Positions 1-10,906 of a DNA stretch of 64,000 nt are shown here, piece after piece. The first letter of the stretch is position 1. Every line of letters starts with the position of its first letter. The stretch covers positions 17,211,101 to 17,275,100 of the forward strand of contig NC_134025.1 in the NCBI RefSeq assembly GCF_964204645.1. Direction: 5' to 3'. The position numbers were made by a program, and so were the translations under genes. Origin of the DNA: Tubulanus polymorphus (Eukaryota; Animalia; Nemertea). The notes under the pieces are model-generated. The model was not told the DNA's origin. It saw nothing but the letters and a program-made list of their open reading frames with translations, and searched no databases.

Positions 1-100
1 TAATAAATTGAAGAATACACTAGATTATATAATAAGTTTGAATGGCCATATAACAGTTGAAGAACAAGATAAATTATTAAAAGAATTAATAAATTATTAA
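1..100 (+). CDS. 3' end of two-TM membrane protein (homolog of 21990..22424)
   Basis: Near-identical to 22325-22424 (NKLKNTLDYIISLNG..VEEQDKLLKELINY*). Confidence 0.85.
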   Translation, partial: NKLKNTLDYIISLNGHITVEEQDKLLKELINY

Positions 101-116
101 TTTTTTAATTATATAA

Positions 117-1505
117 ATGGTAGATAGTTTTCCAAAAGCTTTCCAATATAATAAATCAATTAAATATAATATTCCAGCAATAGATTTTAATAAAGATATT
201 ACATATAGAAATGAAGTTTTAGATTCATTAACTAATTTAGAAATTTATGTTACTGAAACTAATAATTTTAATGCAAAGATGGAAAATATATTTCATGTAT
301 ATTTAATTAATTTTAAGAAATTGAAAGATGAAAAACAATGGTTATTAAAATCTAATATGAAGTATTGGCAGAACCAATTAAATTTTGCTGTTTATTGTGC
401 AACAACAGGTTGTGGAATTAGTTGGAATGATCATTTGAATAATTCTAAATATAAATTAATTCAAAGTTTATTTAGATTTCATACATACTTTCAAATCAGA
501 ATAATATTAAATGAATTAGAGTGCGCTTTACCAGGATCTAGATATTTTAAAGAATTAGATAATAATATTAATTTATCAAAGTTTTATAAAATTTGTAATG
601 AATTTAATATAGATATAAATAATTCTGATTTTAGAACAAAAATTGGAACAATAAGATCACTTCCTTGCCCTAAAAAGATTGCAGAATATTGTGCACTTCC
701 CATACCATCTAATAGTTTTTATAATATCTATAGTAATAAATTAGGTTATGGTAAAATAGAAACAAAGGATTTAGAAACATTAAATTTCAATAAATTACCG
801 ACATTTTATGATAATTTAAAACAAGAAAACAATAATGGTTGGGTTTATTTCATTTTAGAAAATAATGAAGGTTTTACAAAATCAGGTATACAAAGAATAA
901 ATCAATCTATTAGAACTTATTTGATATGTATTTTAGGTGCGCAAGTTGAAACAAGATCCCCGATAATTGGAAATTTGAATACATCATTTGATACACAGAA
1001 ACAATTCAAAGTATTATTTGAAGATTCCATTCATAATGATAAAAATAGATCGATTCCAGAAAACATTGTAAGATATCAAAATTATTTAGATAAATCACAT
1101 ATTAGATTAAATTATTGTATAGGCCCTAATCTATTTATTATTTCCAATGATTTAGTATTAAAGATGGGAAATATAATTGGTTATAATAATCTAATTAAGA
1201 CTGCAACAATAAATAATAAGTTTGGATTAAATGATATAAATAAAAAGATTATTACTGCTCCAAAACTAATGGAAGGTGAAAAAATTAAAAAACACATTCA
1301 ATCAACAGAAACTAAAACTAAGAATATTAAATTAAATAATGATTCTAAAATAAAAGATTACAATACATCAGAAAATATTAAAACTGATAATATTCAACAT
1401 GATATAATTAAACTAAATGATGATAATAAATCCCATGAAAATACTAAATTAGCTATAACTTGTATAGGAATTGTAATCGGAGGAATATTATATTTTAAAT
1501 TTTAA
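117..1505 (+). CDS. Conserved element protein of unknown function (462 aa) with C-terminal TM anchor
   Basis: Intact ORF, TAAATG start, YCATTGCGISW motif, hydrophobic C-terminus; near-identical disrupted homolog at 22440. Confidence 0.8.
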   Translation: MVDSFPKAFQYNKSIKYNIPAIDFNKDITYRNEVLDSLTNLEIYVTETNNFNAKMENIFHVYLINFKKLKDEKQWLLKSNMKYWQNQLNFAVYCATTGCGISWNDHLNNSKYKLIQSLFRFHTYFQIRIILNELECALPGSRYFKELDNNINLSKFYKICNEFNIDINNSDFRTKIGTIRSLPCPKKIAEYCALPIPSNSFYNIYSNKLGYGKIETKDLETLNFNKLPTFYDNLKQENNNGWVYFILENNEGFTKSGIQRINQSIRTYLICILGAQVETRSPIIGNLNTSFDTQKQFKVLFEDSIHNDKNRSIPENIVRYQNYLDKSHIRLNYCIGPNLFIISNDLVLKMGNIIGYNNLIKTATINNKFGLNDINKKIITAPKLMEGEKIKKHIQSTETKTKNIKLNNDSKIKDYNTSENIKTDNIQHDIIKLNDDNKSHENTKLAITCIGIVIGGILYFKF

Positions 1506-1521
1506 TTTTTGTATTATGTAA

Positions 1522-3117
1522 ATGGCAGAAGGTGTGGAAGATATTGGAATGGATACTTTTGATAAACCCGGCATAACTGAAGAACAACCACCTGATTTTA
1601 GTGAAACAAGTTTTAATGATGATAATGAGCCAGAATATAATACTAATTTAGGTGAAGATGATGATTATGATGGAATTAATTCCGAATTACGTGAAAAATT
1701 AAATGAAATTAAAATTAAAATAACAGGTGTAGTTGTAAACGAAATATTGCCAAAAGATGTAATAGATGAAATTGGTTCAGAAGAAATTGTAAAACTAATT
1801 TTAAAAGATGATCCATTTTTCATGAATAATTTAGAATTTAAAAATGATGTGTGGTATTATAATCTTGAATTAAATGGTGAAAATGTAAAATTAAGATTAT
1901 CTAAAATGGGACAAGAAAGTATGTATGCACCTAAAATGTTAGCAAGATCTACAATTGAACATTCAAAAGGTGGTTCAGAATTTATCAGAATTATATGGAA
2001 TGCAATCGATAGAATAAATGAAGAAGAACCAATTCCTAAAATTGATATTAACAAATATTCACCATTTGAAAATCCAAATTTAAATCCTGATTTTGATCCA
2101 GAAATGGAAGAATATGGAGATCGATCAGATAGATTAAGATCTTCAACACCAGAAACATCGAGAAGAGATATTCAACAAATTGATAATGATTCAAGTCAAT
2201 TACAATTAGTAAAACATTTTGATAGCATGTTAGATACAATTCATTCATTTGAAGAAGAGATGAATAGTATTTTAGATACGCCCGGTACTGAAACTGGAAT
2301 AAATCGAATACAATCTTTACTTAAAAAAGGACTTCTTAAATTAACTGATGATGAATTGGAAGCATTTCCTGAACAATCACGTAGAGAAATTAAAGGTATT
2401 CAAGAATCAGCTGATAAAATTGTGCGTGATAAAAGTATAAGAGATTTTAAAATTAGAACTTTAGAAAAAGAATTAACTGATAAAAATGAAGAAATAGAAA
2501 AAACAAAATTAGATAGAGATAATAAAGTTATTGAAGAAATCGAATTTAAAAAAAGAAATGCATATTTAGAAAAAGAAAAATATGATTTAGAATATAACAT
2601 AGAATTACAAAAAGAAGAAATTAAATTATTATTAAAATCATATGATTATAATATTGATAGATTAAAAGATATTTTTAAAAGATATCTAATAAAACCAGAT
2701 TCTAGAATATCATTGAAAGATAGAATAAAATTATTATTTAAGTTTGAAGGAATAACAATTCTTTCAATTCTAACAGCTGTAACTATGTTATTTACAACAA
2801 TTGGTTTAGCAATATCAAATGCTTTAGAATCTACTCCTACTCCAAATAAACCAGATAAACCCCCAGATAATAATTCTATACAAGATAAAGTTAAGGATGG
2901 TTTAAAGAAATTAGCAAAATATTTTTGGGAACTATCTAAAAAATCTGCTGCAGCATTGCCAGGAATTATTGCATCAATTGTTGGTTTTATATTGAAATCT
3001 GCAGGAAACATTATTAACTTTGCTGCTGAACATATTATTTTATTTTTAATTACAGTTGTAAGTGCTATTATTTTTGGGCTAGTGAATATGATATCAAAAA
3101 ATATCAAGAAAAAATAA
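1522..3117 (+). CDS. Acidic/coiled-coil protein with several C-terminal hydrophobic helices (531 aa), putative virion membrane or entry protein
   Basis: Intact ORF; E/K-rich coiled coil followed by EGITILSILTAV... and later TM segments; homologs at 23842 and ~41404; lies directly upstream of the capsid gene in all three copies. Confidence 0.7.
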   Translation: MAEGVEDIGMDTFDKPGITEEQPPDFSETSFNDDNEPEYNTNLGEDDDYDGINSELREKLNEIKIKITGVVVNEILPKDVIDEIGSEEIVKLILKDDPFFMNNLEFKNDVWYYNLELNGENVKLRLSKMGQESMYAPKMLARSTIEHSKGGSEFIRIIWNAIDRINEEEPIPKIDINKYSPFENPNLNPDFDPEMEEYGDRSDRLRSSTPETSRRDIQQIDNDSSQLQLVKHFDSMLDTIHSFEEEMNSILDTPGTETGINRIQSLLKKGLLKLTDDELEAFPEQSRREIKGIQESADKIVRDKSIRDFKIRTLEKELTDKNEEIEKTKLDRDNKVIEEIEFKKRNAYLEKEKYDLEYNIELQKEEIKLLLKSYDYNIDRLKDIFKRYLIKPDSRISLKDRIKLLFKFEGITILSILTAVTMLFTTIGLAISNALESTPTPNKPDKPPDNNSIQDKVKDGLKKLAKYFWELSKKSAAALPGIIASIVGFILKSAGNIINFAAEHIILFLITVVSAIIFGLVNMISKNIKKK

Positions 3118-3167
3118 TAAAAAATAAACATGATAAAAAATAAATAATTAATTTTTTTGTTAAATAA

Positions 3168-3993
3168 ATGGGTGGGAGTTATATCAATCCTTCTAAGAAT
3201 CATAGAATATCTAATGCTATTAAAGCAGAAAGATCACATCATATAATTACTCATAACCCTTCTAATATTAATCCCGATGAAACTTTATATGTTAGAATTC
3301 CTCGATTAACACAAAATACTTTTTATGTTCCAAATAGTATTTATTTATCAGCTGATATAAAAGTAATCGGTTATAATAATAATTATGTTGTTGATAATGT
3401 TGGAAGATATTTGATTAAAAAATTAACTACAAAGATTGGACCAGAAACAGTTTTCTCATTAGATGATTATAATTTATTTATGCATTATAAAGATTTATGG
3501 TTAACTAAAGAAAATAGAAATAATATGATATTTCAAGGCATCCAATCAGAAAACCAAAATAAATTAAGATCAGAAGCTAATAGCGCAATATTAACTAAAT
3601 GTTGATAATTATTATAATCCTGAAATAACAAAAGTAGAAATAACTATCGAAGGAATAGCAAATAAAATATTTTGTCAAGGAATGAGAATGATAGATCAAT
3701 GGCCAGATATTAGAAAACATTTTATGAATGAAAAAGTAAAATCATCTGAAAATTGTAACATTAATCAAATTGATTATTATACCGGTAATAAATACGCATT
3801 ATGGTTAGATTTTAGAACAACGGAGGATAATTCATTACATGGTTCTGGAAAAAAACTACAGAACACTAAAGATGGAATACAATTATTCATGACAAAGAAT
3901 AAAGGAATCAAAAATTTTAAAATGCACATTTATATTATATCTGACGCGCAATTAAATATTGTAAATTCTCAATTAAATAGTGTTATGTATTAA
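3168..3993 (+). pseudogene. Major capsid protein (probable double jelly-roll) with internal deletion
   Basis: The two ORFs match the N- and C-terminal parts of 25302..26548; about 420 nt are missing at ~3597. Capsid identity inferred from size, position and C-terminal LHGSG..LQN..GIQL..YIISDAQLNI pattern. Confidence 0.65.
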
Positions 3994-4025
3994 AATTTTA
4001 ACTTTAATAAAAATTTATATAATAA

Positions 4026-4904
4026 ATGGAAGGAGGTAAAGTATATAAACATATTCCATACATCGATACACATGAAAATAATGATGGTTTATATTATGTA
4101 ATACCTTGTAATATAGCTTTGATATTTGATCCTATTTTCAAAATTTATAAAACTAAACTAAGTTAAATAGAGATCGATAATAATAAAAGTGGTGTTGTTG
4201 ATAATTTAAGTAATGTAATTGATAATAATGTAATACCTTCTAAATCTAATAATGTAATACCTACTACATCTAATAATGTAATACCTACTACATCTAATAA
4301 TGTAATACCTACTACATCTAATAATGTAATACCTTCTACATCTAATTATGTAATACCTTCTACATATAATAATGCAATAATATTAAATGTTAGTAAAAAT
4401 AGAAATTATTGTGATTATTGTAAAGGTGAATTTTCAAACGCTCCATCAAATTGGAATAAACATATGAATACAAATTCACATATTACTAATGTAATAGAAC
4501 GTGTTGGTTTAAAAGAATTTATAGAACATCCATTTAGATATGTTACAAAATTTGTTTCAAATAAAAAAGTAAATGGTAAAGAATTATATGAAGATTTTTT
4601 ATTAGCAACACCTAATAAAGATGAATTAGATTTAACTGATGCTAATGAAATATTAGGATCAAACACTGTAAATGAAATATTAGGAGCAAACACTAATAAA
4701 GATGATAATGAAAATACAGGAAAGCGCATTGATAATAAAGATTCTATGAAACTTAAATCAGAAAATAAAGATATAGTTGAGATGCCTAATAAGTATATCA
4801 ATAAACCAATTATTTATGAAGATACGGTAGAGCATTTGAATAAATTGTTAGGGTCTGATAGTGAAAGTGATTCAGAAATTAATTATCTAACACTCAAAAA
4901 GTAA
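4026..4904 (+). pseudogene. Zinc-finger protein with SNNVIPTT repeats, one in-frame stop (~4164)
   Basis: TAAATG at 4026 is in frame with ORF 4464..4904; reads CDYCKGEFSNAPSNWNKHMNTNSH (C2H2-like); 24-bp coding repeat at ~4220-4375. Confidence 0.65.
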
Positions 4905-4954
4905 TAAAGGTTAAAAATTGTATAAAATAATAGTAAATAAAAAAGGGGGTTTTA

Positions 4955-5300
4955 AGTATTAAGGTATTTAATACATATCTAATACGTATCTAATACGTAT
5001 CTAATATGTATCTAATACATATTATTTGAAAATACCTTAAATTATATTTCTTTTTTAAATTTATATTGAAACCTCAGTAATAATAAATAACCTTTATTAT
5101 TTTCAAACTTATTCATATATTTGTTGAAAAAATAAAAATAAATTGGTTGAAAATTGTATAAATAATATTTATTTCAAAAAAGGGGGTTTTAAGTATTTAA
5201 GGTATCTAATAGGGTATCAGGTATTAGGTGGTATCAGGTATTAGGGTATCTAATAGGATATCAGGTATTAGGGTATCTAATAGGGTATCTAATACATAGA
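4955..5300. repeat. Short tandem repeats (TATCTAATACG; GGTATCTAATAG/TCAGGTATTAG) between convergent gene blocks
   Basis: Two clusters, each preceded by AAAAAAGGGG(G)TTTTAAGTATT (~4940 and ~5176). Confidence 0.8.
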
Positions 5301-5311
5301 TATATAAATAG

Positions 5312-5922
5312 TTATTTTATAAACTTATATTCATATGGAAATTGTAGTCTCAGTAATAATTTTGAACCTTTATTATTCTTTAATTTATTCATATATTCAT
5401 CATGTAATGCAGTAGGTATAATTTGATTTTCTTCCAATGATTGTTGCATAGATTTTTTATCTTTGTTATAAAATAAAACTAGAAATCTAATGTTTTCTCT
5501 AAAGTCTTTAACAATTGAATTATATTTTTGATTTAAAACCCATGTTGTCTCCCAAAATGTCTCCCAGAGAAAGCTAAATAACATAACTCACTTTCTCTCA
5601 CTTTTGAATCATGTAAATTTGCGCAATCATCTATAATGAATAATGTATTTGATCCTTTATAAGTATCAATTGCTATTTTAATACAATTATCTAAATTTTC
5701 TTTTACTGTTTTAGGATCTACTATAATAAACTTTTTTATCTTAACTATATCTCTATTATATGTTTTATTCATTTCATAAGTAGGACAAAATAATATTATA
5801 TTATCAAAATGATTCTTATAAATAGTTTCTAACAAATCTAATATGAAATGTGTTTTACCACAATTGGTTACTCCAGTAACTAACATATTATGCGGTTCGA
5901 ATATAAATAAATCTTTATTCAT
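5312..5922 (-). pseudogene. Genome-packaging ATPase (A32/FtsK-HerA type), frameshifted
   Basis: Walker A GVTNCGKT, Walker B FIIDD, and GRH motif; the C-terminal part continues in ORF 5312..5584. Confidence 0.9.
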
Positions 5923-7006
5923 TTATTCTTTTAATTTTACTAGATAAAATCCATTCATTAAATTTATCATCGTATCCTTTATATTTCACCAAAGAATACT
6001 TTTTTCCTTTAAGAGTTTTTGTTTTCAATACTTTTTCTATTTTGTATTCTATTTCATCTGGATTTGGTGCAAGTGATAATTCTTGTTCATAGAAATAACC
6101 TAATATTTCTTCATCTTTTAGATCTTCTAGTTTATAAACAAAAGTTTTAGTTAATATTATCTTTTTAATCTTGAATATTTCTTCAGTAAAATTTGGGGTA
6201 TAACCTTTATAAAATTTTTTTCTATATTTAGATATTCTTACGTGTTGTCCAATTTTAAATTTTGGTTCACCGAAATCGTGTGTAACAAACGCTCCATATA
6301 AATTATTCCAAACTATTTCCGAATTATCTTCTTTTCTAGCTTGTATAGGTTTAATATTTATAGAACTATGTTTAGAATTATTATAACCTTTCACTAAATC
6401 ATCTAATACATCGATATATTTATATGTTTCATTAGCAGTAAAATATTTCCACATTCTAGTTTTCAATGTTTTATTAAATCTTTCTATAATAGATGCTTTT
6501 TTATCTGAATGTGTTGAAAAATAATCTACATCGTTATCAGATAATAGTTTTTTGAAATGTTTGTTATAAAATTCCTTACCTTCATCAAATTGTATCTTAT
6601 CTGGAATAGCTTCTTTAAATATCGATTTAAAAGCATTTGTAACTTCTATTCCAGTTTTATTTTTGATTGGAATTGACCATGGGTATCTACTGAATATATC
6701 TATAACATTTAATATCCAGAAATATCCTTTGTTGTATTCTTCTAAGTTCTTCATGTCAATTAAATCTGCTTGCCATTGTTGATCGATATATGAAACCATA
6801 ACTTTTCTTGTTAAATAAGTTTTATCCATTTTCTTTTGGATTTGATATGTTGGTTGATTTTGTAACCATGATTTTAATTCACCATATTTTATATTACCAT
6901 TTTCTTTATCAGATTTAATTTTATTCCATAATTCTGAAACGCTAGAATATGATACTTCACTTTCTGGGTTATAATATAAAGCTCTTGAATATTGTTCTTT
7001 TTTCAT
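5915..7006 (-). CDS. Polinton retroviral-like (rve) integrase with C-terminal chromodomain
   Basis: WQADLID, IDIFSRY, QFDEGKEF and ERFNKTLK DDE motifs; C-terminal YKIEKVLK..YSLVKYKGYDDKFNEW chromo-like segment; intact 363 aa. Confidence 0.93.
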   Translation of the reverse strand: MKKEQYSRALYYNPESEVSYSSVSELWNKIKSDKENGNIKYGELKSWLQNQPTYQIQKKMDKTYLTRKVMVSYIDQQWQADLIDMKNLEEYNKGYFWILNVIDIFSRYPWSIPIKNKTGIEVTNAFKSIFKEAIPDKIQFDEGKEFYNKHFKKLLSDNDVDYFSTHSDKKASIIERFNKTLKTRMWKYFTANETYKYIDVLDDLVKGYNNSKHSSINIKPIQARKEDNSEIVWNNLYGAFVTHDFGEPKFKIGQHVRISKYRKKFYKGYTPNFTEEIFKIKKIILTKTFVYKLEDLKDEEILGYFYEQELSLAPNPDEIEYKIEKVLKTKTLKGKKYSLVKYKGYDDKFNEWILSSKIKRINE

Positions 7007-7012
7007 CTTATT

Positions 7013-7381
7013 TTAATCCATTAATAATAATTTAGATTTAGTTTCAATGATTTTATCATTTGACTAATTTTCTGGTATAATAGGTTTATAATCATTGGAA
7101 TCATCTTTATCATCAGATTTGAATTTTGATTTATATATTACACCGGATAATATAATAATTGTGATTTACCCAATTGTAATATATAAGTAATTATTTCTTC
7201 CACTATTAGAAGAATTAAATGGATTGTTATTTGAATCAATATCAGATAATTTCTGTGATTCATTTATATCAGTTAATTTCTTTTTCTAAGCTTTTTTTAA
7301 TTCTGAAGATCTTTTACCTAATTCTCTTGCCCATTTAATTTGTTTCTCAGATCTAACCTTTTTCTTAACTCCATCACTCAT
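7013..7381 (-). pseudogene. Small basic protein with one TM helix (homolog of 29157..29525)
   Basis: TAAATG start; MSDGVKKKVRSEKQIKWARELGKRS matches KKKPRSQKQIEWSRQLGIKS in copies B/C; internal stops. Confidence 0.6.
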
Positions 7382-7976
7382 TTATTTTAGTTAATTTTTG
7401 TTCTGATTCATTTTCTGTTTCGACGTTTGGTTGTAGTACATCTGTTTCGTTCTTTCCTGATTTATATTCCATAGGCTTGATGTTCGAAAATGTTATGACG
7501 CCAGTAGAAATTAATGTCATAACCGATCCTAATTGAAATGAAGCATAACCAACCCATTTTTGTAATTCAGTCATAACTAAGTAGTCATTTTTCAAATCAC
7601 TATATAATTCATTTTCATCATTAATTGGTATTAACTGGTTACATAACTTAGAATAACATTTGACAATACCATCTGAAATAGAATCATTTATTCTAGCTAA
7701 TCTTGCCTCTTCATAAATCTTCAAATATTTTATTACTTTATCTGGTTTCATAGAGTCTAGTTCTTGAAAAGTAATGATTCTATTTAAAAACTCCTTAGTT
7801 TTTCCACCGGCAATCAATAGTTCTAGATGATGCTTACAATATAAATAGTATTCATAATCTATATTACAATTAACTTGAGCACAATTAGTTACAACCGTAT
7901 CTTTATTATCACTTATACCCAAATCATCTAATGTCTTTTCAATATCAATACTATTCTTACTCGATTTCTTTGACAT
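7374..7976 (-). CDS. Conserved element protein of unknown function (200 aa)
   Basis: Intact ORF; YEYYLYCKH..LLIA.G and LYSDLKNDYLVMTEL shared with 28620 and 52972. Confidence 0.75.
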   Translation of the reverse strand: MSKKSSKNSIDIEKTLDDLGISDNKDTVVTNCAQVNCNIDYEYYLYCKHHLELLIAGGKTKEFLNRIITFQELDSMKPDKVIKYLKIYEEARLARINDSISDGIVKCYSKLCNQLIPINDENELYSDLKNDYLVMTELQKWVGYASFQLGSVMTLISTGVITFSNIKPMEYKSGKNETDVLQPNVETENESEQKLTKINE

Positions 7977-8231
7977 TTATATTAGAGAAAAAAAGCAAAA
8001 AAATATTATAAGTATTATAAAATGATACTAGTATCTCTTTAGGTTAATACTAAATTGACTAGGTTAGTTAAAGGTAAAGAATTTTAGTATTAGTTATTGT
8101 TTTTTTAGTATTTTTTATTTGTGATATAAAGTATTCTTTTTTGAAAAGAAAATATTAAAAATATAATAGAATTCACTAGCTAGTTGAAGTTATTGTTTTT
8201 TTAATATTTTTTATTTAAAATCTATTATTCT

Positions 8232-8908
8232 TCAACCACTCAATAAAGATTCAACATATTGTTCATTATTTGGATCATTGTTCCATAATTCAATGAATTT
8301 CTTTGCTTTATCTAATTGATCCAAATATAACTGTAAATCTAGTTTATTAGATTAGATTTGATTTTCTTTCTTTTCTAAAGGCCTTAAATTCTTCCAACCC
8401 CAAATAAGTTTTTTATTGTATTCATCATTCATGTTAAATTTAGAAATCGGTAACACGTGATCAATATGAAAGTATTCACCATAATTATCTATATTCATTT
8501 TATCATCGAATTGAAATATAATCCATGATTTGAGAAATTCATCTGAACAACCCAACAAATTAGATAATGTTTCTGAATGTGTTTCTTTGTTGAATAATTG
8601 TGTTAATCTAGATCTTAAGCATTGTTTCACTTTAAAATCAAAATCTGTTTGATATCTTTCTCTCATATATTCTGCCATATAATAATTATAATGTTCTATA
8701 TTATCTTCTCGGTATTGTTTGGTATATAGTTTAAAACAATATTGAGTTTTACAACAATATTGAAAACCATCTTTGCTAATCTTACGCTTACTAAATTCTG
8801 TTAAAGCTACTTTATCTAATTCACACTTAGAACACTTCTTGTAATATATATTTATAACACACCAGTGTTATTTGTAATATTGATAATTTGTGGTTGTTCT
8901 GGTTCCAT
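8232..8908 (-). pseudogene. HNH endonuclease with N-terminal CxxC domain, resembling large-DNA-virus types
   Basis: TAAATG at 8908; KKCSKC..TEFSK..KDG..CK, then LGCS, NYGEYFHIDHVLPISKF, WKNLRPL..KEN; one frameshift near 8858 and an in-frame stop at 8352. Confidence 0.8.
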
Positions 8909-9049
8909 TTATTATATGTATTTTTTACTAAATTGGTTAATATTTTAGAATCCTCTTCCATTTCTTCGACCAACGTCATCCTTTTTCATTCCTCGCTGCT
9001 TTTGATAAATTGTTTCGATTCCTTGATATTTAAATCATACCAGTTACAA

Positions 9050-9760
9050 TATCCGCGCATTCAGGCCCGGTTTGGATCAATGCGCATGCGTTAATCATAA
9101 TTATATATTCATTCTGTAAATTCTGTAAAATAGAAACGACCGAACACAGAAAATATCTAAACGTGTTCGCATTAGGCAAACCGCGCATTCATGCGCGCTT
9201 TTGCTTAATGCGCATGCGTTAATCATAATTATATTTACATAATGAATATATAATTATGTAAATAGAAACGACCGACATGAAATATCTAAACGTGTTCGCA
9301 TTAGGCAAACCGCGCATTCATGCGCGCTTTTGCTTAATGCGCATGCGTTAATCATAATTATATTTACATAATGAATATATAATTATGTAAATAGAAACAA
9401 CCGACATGAAATATCTAAATCATACAACTGAGCAAACCGCGCATTCAGGCCCGGTTTTGCTCAATGCGCATGCGTTAATCATAATTATATATTCATTATG
9501 TAAATAGAAACGACCGACATGAAATATCTAAATCATACAACTGAGCAAACCGCGCATTCAGGCCCGGTTTTGCTCAATGCGCATGCGTTAATCATAATTA
9601 TATATTCATTATGTAAATAGAAACGACCGAACATGAAATATCTGAATCATACAACTGAGCAAACCGCGCATTCGTGCGCGGTTTTGCTCAATGCGCATGC
9701 GCTAATCCTAATTATATATTCATTCTGAATAGAAACGACCGAACATAAAAATTCACCAAA
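9050..9760. repeat. Tandem array of about 6 palindrome-containing units (113-129 bp)
   Basis: GCAAACCGCGCATTC recurs at ~9176, 9305, 9432, 9545 and 9659, each followed by its near reverse complement. Confidence 0.9.
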
Positions 9761-10500
9761 CAGATTTACACAATACATTATACAAGTTGTTCGGCCGTTT
9801 CTTCCAATACATCATTTGATTTCTATATATAAAATTTATATTTACAAACATTTTTTCAATTGCCGGTAAATATTTTACTATATCAACAAATGTTAAACTT
9901 AATCATTGGAGTCTTAATGTTTTTGAAATTCTTATATAGTTTCTTCGTCGATCTTTTGGCGATTCTTGTGTTTCTTGTGCTAATTTCTATTGGTTCGATA
10001 TCCCCATTGCTGTTGATTCCTCAGTCAGAAAGAGTATCTTGAGTTTCTCTATCACTTCTTGATGCGTATGGCGTTTTATTAATCTAAAAGATATTAGCGG
10101 CAACTCTAGCCATCTAAAAGATATACTAAATACACTTAAATATATCTAAAGGTTTCATATTTAATAGCCCTAATAACTACAAAAAACAGTACTTACATTT
10201 AGATTTAGAATTGTAAACTATAAACTCCTAATTTCGTTTCGAGAGATAGAATATCCTGAGCACAATGTTACAGCGTCTGTTCATTTCTTGCCACGTCATC
10301 TGGTTCCGGTTCTAGAGTGTTCTCTGCACGTTTGTAATAATGAGTCATATGTCTCGGCGTCATAGTAACAGCTGTAACAGCTGTGAATTTATAGATTTAT
10401 TCCATAGCTCTTTACATAGAATGTATATAGGCTCAAATAGAATCATGTTCTAGTATAAACAGCTATGCATTATTTCAATCACACTTAAATAATATTTTAA

Positions 10501-10906
10501 GAGTAATAGGGGTTTAGTTGGTTCAGGTTAAAGGTTGAATGGTCGAGTTCATTAATAACAAAACATTAAAAGTAATTTAAAACTATAATATATTTTCATA
10601 ACCGTGTATATTTCAGTTGAATAATAGAATAATTATTATTATTTGAATATATTTGATTATATGAATTTGTGTATTGTAAATAAATCAATTGGGCGCGGAG
10701 CGGAGCGGTAGCGAAGTGGAGCGACCAATTGATTTAATACAATATGCTTTTTAAATTATTGATATCTTAGAATAAATATTTAGTTTTAATATAAAATGTA
10801 CACGGTTATGAAAATATATTATAGTTTTAAATTACTTTTAATGTTTTGTTTTTAATGAGCTTGACCGTTCGACCTTTGGCCTGAACCAACTAAACCCCTA
10901 TTACTC
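10501..10906. mobile_element. Fold-back MITE-like element with ~110-bp TIRs
   Basis: GAGTAATAGGGGTTTAGTTGGTTCAGG... versus ...CCTGAACCAACTAAACCCCTATTACTC; TAA on both flanks; central GCGGAGCGGAGCGG motif. Confidence 0.8.

Larger units (their letters stand above)
1..9760. mobile_element. Polinton/Maverick-like endogenous virus, copy A (left end outside window, right boundary uncertain)
   Basis: Compact intronless AT-rich gene cluster with rve integrase, A32/FtsK-type ATPase, capsid-like gene and HNH gene; genes are homologous to those of copies B and C. Confidence 0.85.

Noticed and set aside
1857-3203. Minus-strand ORFs (also 4415..4801, 41757..42258, 59284..60057)
   Set aside because: Antisense shadows of well-supported plus-strand genes.
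9050-9760. Possible CRISPR array
   Set aside because: Spacers between the palindromes are themselves repeated, there are no cas genes, and the context is eukaryotic.
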